A DNA stretch of 62,664 nt, filler included, from Asterionella formosa (Eukaryota), in the NCBI GenBank assembly GCA_002256025.1. It is 6 parts of 6 records of this genome, joined end to end, with 100 filler letters (N's around TTAATTAATTAA, not from the genome) between each part and the next. Parts side by side here need not be neighbours in the genome. Positions count along the whole stretch, not along the records: positions 1 to 27,692 come from NKIB01001430.1; 5 more parts are not named here. One strand, given 5' to 3'. A program made the translations under genes and the position numbers. The notes under the pieces are model-generated. The model made no database searches, was not told the origin of the DNA, and saw nothing but the letters and a program-made list of their open reading frames with translations. Position 1 is the stretch's first letter. Each line of letters starts with the position of its first letter. Positions 1-10,900 of this stretch are shown here, piece by piece.

Positions 1-431
1 ACACCAAGGAGTATTATGGTGCCATTCGTTGTACGACAAACTATTGCTGATATCCTGTATTGTAGAGACCTTGATGCTTATTCGTTGCAATAATGCATGA
101 AATGGGAGAATACCAATACAACTGTATATTACTGTACTCCATGTAGTACGGAGTTCAGTACGGTATGATGCATTCATCTATCCGCCCTCTCTTTTTCCGT
201 TCTTCTCATCGCCCCCCAACACTATCTGTCTCCTCTCCAGCAAATTTGCTGTCGCGAGTCCCAAACGTGGCCGACGAGCTCAATCGTTTCAAGCAGCAAT
301 AGCAATAGCAACAGCAACAGCCATTTGCCATCATTCTGCACTATAGTCCCATTTGAAAGACCACACTCCATCCAATTTACAAAACCAAAACCAACGAGAG
401 AGTCGGCATTTTCATTTCATTTCGTTTCATC

Positions 432-3320
432 ATGGGAAAGAATCAAGCGGCCAAGGGGACGAAAATGTCCATTGGAGAATTCATGCAAGGAACTCCATCC
501 ACAGAACGAGACCATTTACCCAGTGCGCCTAGAGAAAGAGCGTAAGTGTCTACTCGTTTATCTTCTTTGTTTGTTTGTGTGTGTCTACAGTGCAAATAGA
601 AAGTCATTCGATGCAAACTGAAAACTGTACTTGGAACTTTTGTCAACCCAACACATGACAGCAGTCACCCCTGTATGTTGTGCTTTTCCACATGCTCTCA
701 CATGCCGTATTTATATTTATACATATACACATCCCATTCACAAACAGTGCGGACGACGATGGAAGTTTCAAGCGGAAGCCACGTCGCGAAGATGATACGA
801 ATTATGAACCTAGTCGAAGTGAGAATGATTCTGCTTGGCGACGAGGTGGGGCTACTCCAGGAGACTCATCATTAGGAACTAGCAATCGAGGAGGTGACGA
901 TCGTCGAGGATTTGATCGTGGTGGCAGTGGCAGTGGCAGTGGCGGTGATAGAGGTGGCTTTGGAGGAGGAAGCAGTCGAGGTGGATTCGACCGTGATTCC
1001 AGAAGTGGCGGTGGATACGATCGTGGTGGTGATAGAGGAAGTGGATTTGATCGTCCTTCGGGAAGTGACAGGGGTGGATATGATCGTCCATCTGGAAGTG
1101 ACAGGGGTGGATTTGATCGTCCATCTGGAAGTGACAGGGGTGGATTTGATCGTCCTTCGGGAGGTGACAGGGGTGGATATGATCGTCCTTCTGGAAGTGA
1201 CAGGAGTGGATTTGATCGTCCTTCGGGAAGTGACAGGGGTGGATATGATCGTCCTTCTGGAAGTGACAGGGGTGGATTTGATCGACCTTCTGGAGGTGAA
1301 CGAGGAGGAGGCGGCGCTGCACCACCCGCTGCCGAGCGACCCAAGCTCCAGCTTCGAGGCCGTACCGGTCCTCCAGTTCCTTCAAACAAGCCAGAACTGG
1401 AAGCCATTAAGCCGAAGTCTAATCCATTTGGCGATGCCTCTGCCGTGGATACTGCATCTAAATTGGCCGAATTGGAGATTACCAAAGGACCCAAAGAAGA
1501 ATCTATTGAACCGCCACCACCACCAGCAGCTAAAAAAGTCAATGAACCTAATGAACCTGCCAACGAAGAAACGAAGGATGTACAAGCCTCACCTCCCGAA
1601 GATTTAGAATCCAAGGAAGAATTGAAGGAATCCAAGGAAGAATCAAAGGAATCCAAAGAAGAATCAAAGGAATCCAAAGAACGGCGTGAACGGAAGCGAC
1701 GTGAACCAGAAGTGATCAATTCCAGAGCCGCAGCCTTTGAAAGTGCGCCGGGTGTCAAGCGTGATGTAAGTGCGACTATTTTGGGTTTAGATATAACAAA
1801 TGGCTTTTGCATATAGTATTTCTTCAAGAACTAACTATGTATGTCAAAAGTCTAACAACCGCAGAGATGGAGGAAACAATAGCAACGTCAATCGGGGTCC
1901 ACCCCCAGTTGTCAACAAGCGGTTCGAAGCACTCGCGGACGAAGAAAAGGAGCGCAGTGATCGCCGTCGTGAGGATAGAGGCCCACCTCAACCTACCAAT
2001 TCTCGATTCGCTCAAGCGGCAGAAGCGGATCGCTCGTTTACTCGCAACAACAACGATGGTCCTCCTCCACTGACGACCAATTCTCGTTTTGCTTTAGCAG
2101 CTGACGCGGAACGTTCTGATTCGTTTCGTGATCGACGTGGACCACCTCCAGTGCAGAACTCAAGATTCGCAGCAGCAGCTGCTGCAGCAGATGCGGAGCG
2201 GAACGAGGACGGTGGTGGTCGTCGACATGATGACCGAGGAGGACCACCCCCAGTGCAAAACTCAAGATTCTCTGCTGCTGCCGATCGGGATCGAAGTGAA
2301 AATAACTTTGGTAGAAATGACGATCGTGGTCCGCCACTGGTACAAAATTCTAGGTTCGCAGCAGCTGTGGCAGCAGATGAGGACTATGTTCCAGAAGAGC
2401 GTCGTAGAGAACAAGGTCGAGGGGGTGGTGGCGAAGAACGTGACGGTGGTAGATTCAGTGGAGACGATCGACGAGGACGATTTGATGATGACCGACGCGG
2501 CGGCTTTGATGATCGCAGAGGCAACAACAGTGACCGTTACGAAAACCCCAAGGACAACAATAACGAGCAAGAACTTGCCCCTCGTCGTAATGTTGACGAT
2601 TTGCTCAAGCCCAAGGCTCCTCCTGCCATGGACAACATGTTTGTCCCTCCACCATCTGTCAAGGCACACGCAGATAATATGTTTATTCCGCCAACGAAAA
2701 CAAAGGCCGAAAAGGATCCGGAAGCGGAGAAAAAAGCTAAGAAAGAAATGGCGGCGATGAAGGCAGCAGAAGAAGAAGCGAAGGCGGCCAGACTTGCCAA
2801 GATTGCTTCAGCCGAGAGCGAGTTACTGCATGAGTTTGCTTCAGGCGGTAAGTTGGGAGACGACCTGACGCAATGGTGCGCAAATCAAGGTGTCGCTTTA
2901 CCATCCGTGGAGAAACTGCTCTTTCATTTGCTTTCTGAGAAGGAAATGAAGAATCCAGATCCTTCCTGTACTTGGGGGAGCCCACAAAAGTATGGTGCCG
3001 CTCTCTTGTCGTTGGTTGAGGATGATGTTCATGGTCAGATGCAAGTCCTTTGGGGTATTCAAAAGTACTGTGATACATTAGGATTCCCCAAACTGAATGA
3101 TGAGTATTTGGTCCAATCCATGTTTCGATCAATGTACCAGTATGATCTTGCCAGTGGTGATGCCTTTGCAGAATGGAAGGAGGACGAAAGCGATGACCAC
3201 ATGAATGGCAAGCTGAAGGCTGTGATTCAGACTGTGGATTGGTTCTTATGGCTCGAAGAAGATGACGAAGATGAGGACGATGAAGAAGGCGATGAAGAAG
3301 TCGATGAAGAGGAAGAGTAG
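432..3320 (+). CDS. eIF4B-like translation factor fused to a C-terminal W2 (eIF4G/DAP5-type) domain; exons 432-541, 748-1765, 1851-3320
   Basis: ATG at 432 reads MGKNQAAKGTKMSIGEF...LPSAPRER, resembling the eIF4B N-terminus. Donors GTAAGT at 542 and 1766 and acceptors CAG at 747 and AAG at 1850 (CTAAC at 1831) join ORFs 680..1816 and 1800..3320 in frame. The product has D/R/Y/G-rich repeats and the eIF4B motif ERPKLQL..RT...SNPFG.A..VDT. The C-terminus FPKL...F..MY..D....AF.EWKED...GK.KAV.Q...W..WLEE plus an acidic tail is W2-like. Confidence 0.8.
1043..1306 (+). repeat. Coding tandem repeat, 8 x 33 bp (G[F/Y]DRPSG[S/G]DRG), DRYG-like region
   Basis: Unit ggatttgatcgtccttcgggaagtgacaggggt repeats with period 33, visible directly in DNA and protein. 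Confidence 0.95.
1607..1681 (+). repeat. Coding tandem repeat, ~3.5 x 21 bp (ESKEE[L/S]K)
   Basis: gaatccaa(g/a)gaagaat... repeats with period 21. Confidence 0.9.
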
Positions 3321-4912
3321 TCTATCAGAGGGGGCTATCATTTGTCGAGTTGGTATAAGCATATTAATGAATGAATTCTTGTGATGTTAGTGTGTATTTT
3401 GAATTGAAACCTGCAGAAACAAAATTTGCAAAGTAGCTAACTACGCTTGCAGCAAAACATTCATACCTTCATTTTGCAGGTAACACCTTCAGGCTCTATA
3501 CTTCTGGTAGCCTAGCCTAGGCTACCTTACACTCTGATCAGAGTCAACTCAAGCATAATGGCAACACTGATGGTGCTGACAAAAAATAAACATTTAACAT
3601 TTTAAGTTATTTCCAGAAATATCAATTTCTCAGAGGTCAGAAATCGCATGAGATACTGGTGGCCAGTATGTGGAAATTGCTATTGACAAAAACCAGCATC
3701 ACTGACCACATGCTATACAACAAGCTTACAGTTTAGAATGTAGTGATATGTAATAGCCACACTTAACTTTTGAATTTGCTACTGTGCAAGGTTTTTCTTT
3801 GTAGATTGTACATTGTTGTGGTACACGAGGAAATCATGAATGTGCCATGATTTTTGACCATCAGAGCTCATAAAAGCAACTTTCAAAGCAGTGAAAATTG
3901 TGTTTCAACATGGGGAAACCCTTCTTAGAGCATCCTCATGTCAGATGATTTCAGCTGTCTTGCATATTATCAAATCCTGTGTCAATTTTTTTCATCAACT
4001 CACACATTATTCTTTGCAACAAACAAAGGTGCAATGATGCAAGCATGAGGTCCGCAATGGATACATTTCTGGTAGAATTAATTTGCTATTTTTGTTTGCA
4101 CATCAAGCAAAAACTCACACTGATCTGCTATTATTATCTACATTCACTTGAAATTTCATCATGCCTTTTGTGAACAGGAGCATTCTTATATAAACAGTAG
4201 TGATTTTTATTGCTGCTAAAATAAAGAGCTCCGTGAAACAGTTGAATGGTGCGTGAGTTTGTGTTGTTGTCTGTAATGGCTTTGTACTTTTATTTTATTT
4301 GTTTGAGGCTGCTCCTTGCTGAAATCTACTCATATTACTCACGTAATTTGCAGATGGGTACTACCAGTAGGTACCTATTCTTATTAATACGTGGGAGTTT
4401 GGAACAAAAGGTACACCATACAATTCTGGATCAAAATAGCAAATACCGACAAATGATCTAAGTCTGAGACATAATTCAATCGTCAGCCACACTGTGGCGC
4501 TGACCATGTCCTGATTTGAATCATTCTTTATATAGAAGAAAACAAGCCTACCGGGTGAGGAGTATCATGGGTGTATGGATATAATCATAGTGGAGGCTTA
4601 CGAGATGTACAGTTCGTACGATACTGCTTGAAAGCCCTTGAATATCTTATGTAGGTGGTGTATCACATGCAGCTAGACTCCATACCTGTATCTGGTATGC
4701 CGGTAATTGATTTGATATACCGGTATATGTATGTACCGCGGGTACTATGTATTCCACGTGCGTGCATTTACCGGTACACATCACGACACCATGAGAGCAC
4801 AAATCATCATCGCCTTAGCTTAAATTCTTCCCTTGAATCCTGTTTGTTCAGATATTCGCAACATCTGCGTTGCTTGTTCTTATAGTGTACAGAGACCCAT
4901 AACCCCACACGC

Positions 4913-4936
4913 CACTCACTCACTCACTCACTCACT
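4913..4936 (+). repeat. (CACT)6 microsatellite immediately upstream of the VPS13 ATG
   Basis: cactcactcactcactcactcact ends 12 nt before ATG 4949. Confidence 0.9.
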
Positions 4937-4948
4937 CTGCATCGCACC

Positions 4949-7900
4949 ATGGTGACTTCCTCGCTGCTGAACCCGTCAAAAAAGATCGCCGAGCTGCTCA
5001 GCAACTTTCTAGAATTCGACCCAAATCAGCTTCAAATTGGAATCTGGTCCGGCGATTTTTCACTCAATGAAGTTGGCCTTCGTTGCGATGCCATCAACCC
5101 CTTGCTCAACAAGAACAATAGCGCGGGAGACCGTCAGCTTCATCTCAAGCTGGTCTCAGGAAACGTCGGGACCTTGCGATTGAGAATCCCGTGGAAGCGA
5201 CTGGTGTGGGGACAGGGGGACGTCAGAGTCGACGTCTCTGATGTGCACGTTGTGCTGGCATACGAATCTAGACAAGAAACGGCGGCGCGCATGGCGGCCA
5301 AAGGAGAGACTATACCCGAAGAGGATGTGGTGGCGACAAGGGTCGAAGAAATCCCTCGCGAAACAAAACAGGAATGGCTACGAAATGCCGAGCGCCTCAA
5401 CCTGCAGGGCCAGCCCATTCCGTCCTCCTTTGCACTGCCCAAGACGCAAGGTGCTTCGGAGCATGCCGAAAAGGAGGAAGAGCAACCCGTTGAATCACGC
5501 ATGGAGGCTTGGATTAAACAGACAACTAATAATTTTGCATGGCGGTTCTTTGCAGGACTGCAAGCGTCCATTCGGAACATCAGAATTGTTCTGATTCAAG
5601 ACGGTGTCGAAATTGGAGTCATCAATCACTCAATTGATGTGCGTCCAAAAATTGTAAACCTGCCAGACACTGTCAAGGAAGCAAAGGATTTGAGTAATCC
5701 AAGCGCCGGATCGTCATCGACTCCACCCTTTTCTGATACCACCATGCCGGTGAAGTATTTAGGGGACTGCGATGAAGGGGAGCAAGTTGAGAAGACCATT
5801 CAAATTAATGGCCTGGGGTTTTTCATTCGACAGCATGAACGGCTACTACGTGCTACCAATGTATCAATGAAATTCAGTAGCAGCGTGGCCCCTGACGACT
5901 ATTTACTTCGCCCTGCTGATTTGCAGGTCGACTTCTCCTTTTTCTATCCTTACCCCCCCGAAAATGTCAAAAAGAATTTTAACGAAGATACGAAAGAACC
6001 AACGAAATCATCTGGTATGTCAGTAGAATCCACAGCATCTTCAAAGCTACGTCGTGGAAAGCGAGATAAGCGGGCAATGAAATCGAGCCAGACTTCAGTA
6101 ACGACGGAATCCAGTGGTGGTGTCAATGATCGCCCCATTAAAAAGGGGCGGACGTCTCTATTACGGAATAATGATGACGATAATCTTGATAATGATGGAC
6201 ATCAATCGTTCATGGTAAGTAGTGACTCAAGGATTCTTTCCAGGTCTAGCATGAGGTCGTCGTCGCTCAACGAAAAGCACCGAATTGACGAAGAGGCCTT
6301 CATGGCGGTGCCGAATGTCAGTGGAGTCACTGATTCTGACGCAGAAATGAGCGACTTTATAACTCCATTACCCCCGAGAAGTATGCCAGAGACTGGAGAT
6401 ATCTTTTCGGTCCCGCGACGACAATCTAGTATTTCCCGAGTGCGAACTGTAGGAAACTCACCACAAGAGATATTGCATGCAGCCCGACAGCATCGTCGAA
6501 GCTCCCGTTATCAAAGGCCGGCCAGCTTTGAAGAAAACTCAGAAAATCATCAAAAAAATCATCAGAGAGTGCTTTCCGACTATTCTTCTGTCAGTTCTGC
6601 TTTTAATTACGAGCACGATCAACAAATGAATAGAACACCACATGTGAACTTGCACGTTTTGTTTGGTGATATCAAGACGGTGTGCTCAACAAAACACTTT
6701 GATTTGGCCCAGCTCTTCGTTGCCAACTTCATTCGACTGCGAAACGGTCGACCGGATAGGACCATTCAGAGCTGTTTGGTCGATATCGGGCCCGAATTTA
6801 CGAGAAGAGTGTTCATTGACATTGATCCTACACATCCAGTCATTGCCCAACTACCGAACGGCGAGCAAGTAGAAATGCCGTCATCAGGAAATAGGTTGCA
6901 ACTCACGCTTCAGCTTCCACAAAGGCAGTCGGAAAAAAAAGACATCGTTCGATTGTGGTGGATATATGCATACGACAACGTTATTGTTGAAGTTCGCCAA
7001 CGACGCAAAGAGCGTGACGCATTTGTTGATAAGGACACTCCCTTTGATTGGGAGTCACAAAAATACCGTCGCAAGGAATACATTGATTTATACATAGCGA
7101 ATCGATTGGAAAAGTCCGCCTACTTACATTCAGTAGAAGTGAAGGCTTTGACAAGTGCGAAGAAAGCAGACGAGTTGCTTCTTAGCATAGAAGATGAGCT
7201 TCCAATTGAGCAACTTCTGCTATATCGGGCGATTGCAAGGGCGCTGCGAGTTCGTGGGATGAATAAGATGCCTGAGTCTGTAAAGGATGTTCGATTAGGT
7301 GAAGCCCATCCAGAGCGAATCGCTCGCAAGACAAGCAGGCAGCGGATACGGAGAGGATCGTTGCTTCGTAAGGGTGCTAGTGCAAGTAATTTTGATGTTA
7401 GCAGAAGTTCTCTCGAAATAGGGACAAGCACGGAAGTAACATCTTCTCTCGATACCTTGAGAAATATGTGTGATGCAGTGCGAAGTGGTGCCGGACCAGG
7501 AACGCCTTCAGTGGATGCTTCCACCAAGTTAGGTCAAAAGCGAGATTTTTCACCAAAAAAGGAAGACAAAAGCTTTGCATTGCGAGATAGGAAATCGAAT
7601 CTTCAATTCACCGACACGCCCATTACCCCAGCTTCTTTAGAAGAAGACTCGTCTCAGAAAGCTGTTAATACCGATCGAGTAAGCGAGGATGATATCTTTT
7701 TAGAATCTCGAACTGTTCGTTCTTTCAAAACAGCGAAGAGTTCAAGCACGCCATTCAAACAAGCAGAGTCAATGAACAATCTTACTGGAACTGATAAAAA
7801 AAATCTGAAGCTTTATCTCACCGTGAATGTTGTGAGCTATGAACTACTTCTGTGCGAGGACGAAATGTACAGATCCGTTGGTGCTCAAAACCCATTAAGC

Positions 7901-10900
7901 GGTGACTCCAATTTATCAGTATCCGATCGAAGGGCCGCATCGCAAATTGATACTCACTTAATAAATTTATTCACTGACGATCAAGCCAGCGACGATGACA
8001 TATCCGAGTTGACGTTTCTTTCAACTGGGTCAGGCCTTGATAACAACGTCGAAGTAGGTGTCTCCATGGAGGAGCAGGAGGCAGATGGTAACGAACCTAT
8101 TTTGTCTTCAAATGATTTCCTCCTTTTCAGTATGCCAAACAAAGTTATTCTCCTCGTCAAAGTTTCATCAGTGACTGCTTCCTTTCGAGGCAACACAGGT
8201 GGGGATAGGCAAAGTTCCCTTTCCGTCGGAAATATTCTGGTATCTGGGATAAAGAATGGAACATTGCTTTCTGTTGGATCGGCTGAGCATACATTGGATG
8301 AATCGGCTTCGAATCCAATGAAAGAAATTAGATTTGATAAACGAAGGAAAAGTGCAAACCCGGGGACTAGATCATCCATGAATCAATCTGGTGTCTTGAA
8401 CCTGCACAATCGAGCATTGCACATGAGTCTTACAAAGTGGGAGAATGAAAAAGTCATGGAACTGGATATAGCAAAGGTAAATGTGACGGTTGAACTGGAG
8501 GCTGTAATGAAATTGAAAGGGTTCATATCAAGTTCGTCTGTAATACAACCAAGGTCAGTTATGCCCAAATCAGCATATGATGATGTTCGGCGATTCATGC
8601 GTTTGCATGCAAAGAGCATGGAAAAGGCTGCGAAATTGTTGCAAACGGATCTCAGTATTGCATGTCGTATACATGGCGTAGAATTGAATGTTCCTTGTTC
8701 AGAGCTTGCCGAAGACTGCTCTACCTCATTTTCTCCTAGACCTGACATCATACCAAGCATAGACGAAAGGTCTAAGGTGATGATTACCACTACACTTGTC
8801 GAATATTACGACGGAACACGAATTTTGGACGTGTCGCCCTCACTCATTCCACTTTTTGACGAAAAGTCGATCTATTCTGATGCCAAATCAATTCCCCGCT
8901 CTTCACTGTTCGGTGGTGTACCCTTTTTCATTGAAGAACGCCGCTCCATTGACAGGAAGTTATGCTTGTTGGATGTTGAGCGCATTCTTGATTTGCATCG
9001 TTCCCCTTCGTCACATCACGCGGTAAGGCCTAATTTCGGAATTCTTTCAATACTCGGCAGGTGCTCTTCTGACACAATGTTTCGTTTCACTTTCAGGTCG
9101 TAACCCTTTCTGCCATCAATTTTTGTGTTCGTTCACCTCTCGAAAAGTATTCAGATAATCAGCGGGTAACAAGCTTACTCCGAAACCCTTTTGATATTGA
9201 ACTACTGCTTACGACGCATCTCACGCCAGAGAGAATTCCCGGTCATCCACGTCACCAATTATCACTTGCTGGATCGAATTTACAGTTTATTTTTTCTGAC
9301 TCTCGACTTGAAGTCATTTCCCAGCTGCTCAACCTCTGGTCGACGAATCGGCCAAAACTTAAAGCTGCAAATACCCAGACCACTAACGATGATGTCGCGA
9401 TAAACTTTACCCCACGTCTTGATGTTCTTGCTCACCAAGTTCAACTCTCGCTGGATTTATCCGTAATTTGTTTGGAACTAAGCTTTGTTGCTGACTCCAA
9501 CCAAATGCATCGGAACCCGTCGTATTCCGAGAAAGAGATAATTCTTGAAGAATGCATTTCTGATTTTCTCTCAATTATTGCCTGTTTCGATTTGAATTAT
9601 CCCGTGAAGGATGCTGTGAGCATCGCGGAAAATTTTTGTGTCGACCGACTAATCGCACTTGGCATGACAGAATCAAATGCATTCGCTTGTATAGATACCG
9701 CTCGGTTCAAGTTTCTCGGAGATATTCAAGTCATGAAAAATACTCAGTCGCACGTCTTGCAAGAATTGTCAGAATCAGTGGGATTTCGTGATGGCGAAGT
9801 GAATGGTTGCACTGAAAATTTGGTCGAGACTCTACAAGAGGAAATTATGAGTTCGGACTTTAATTGCGATGATGATTCAAGGGAGACTGGATCAGAAGAG
9901 TCTATTGAACTCATTGAAACTGCACTGCGCAATGCTGTAGAAAGGACGCTGTTATCGTTCTTAAAGGTTCTGAATTACGACGAAAATGAGTGGGAAGATC
10001 ATAGCGACATGGTAGTCTTGAAATTTCCTGATGGGTTATTCCTATCAATTACCAAATCGTTCTACGACTCCTATCTCAAGCTGAACGTACCGACCGCTAC
10101 TTTTAAGAATTCATCTGGTATTAATTTTTTGAAACTGGGTTTCAGCTCATTAATAAGTGAGTCGGAAACGAAGGAAGATCTCATGGAGGGAAATAGCGCA
10201 GCTGTAGCTGATCATTCCGAGTCTCGGCACGGCCTGAGTTTATCAATCTTTGGAGTTGATGACGGGTTCATATTCGGAGGTGGTGGCCTGCCCCTATCAG
10301 TTTTAGGTTCTGAAAATGCAGAGCTTAAGCGATCGACGAGGCAGACTTTTATCAACATTCTTGGGGGAAACATCGACATCTTCTTCGCGCAAAAAGTAGC
10401 AAGCGAAATTATCGACACAATGACCAATGCCTTTTCAGCACTCAACCGCCACTTACCTTCTTCGAATGCATCACCTCCCTATTGTAACGCGACGACAAAA
10501 GAGGAATCTACATCAGAGTCAGTAACGAGCATGAATTTCACTAGTTTGTCTTTGATTCTTGTGTCAGACGAACTGCAGCCATTCTGTGGATTTTTGGTTA
10601 GTGATTGTGAAGTTAAAAATGCACTCAGCGGTATAGCGGGCGATGATAATCGTGAGCAACGAATTTCACTTGAGTCTCCCATGGTGAAGCTACTCAGTTT
10701 AGGACCTGAATGCCAGTATTTCCCTGAAGTCATCGCTCCATTACAGTCATCCCGGCTTCCTGAACAAGTTAATGAAAAAATGATTTTTCGACTGTACTTT
10801 TCGCCATCAAGTAACCCTGGGAACCGTGGCTCATTCCTTAATATTGAGGTGGAAAACGTCCGCGTTACCCTGCTGCGGCAATTCATCAATGAGATAATAC

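Noticed and set aside
802..1827. Long antisense and alternate-frame ORFs (802-1827, 879-1385, 894-1607)
   Set aside because: Shadows of the 33-bp coding repeat of the eIF4B-like gene; no independent domain signal.
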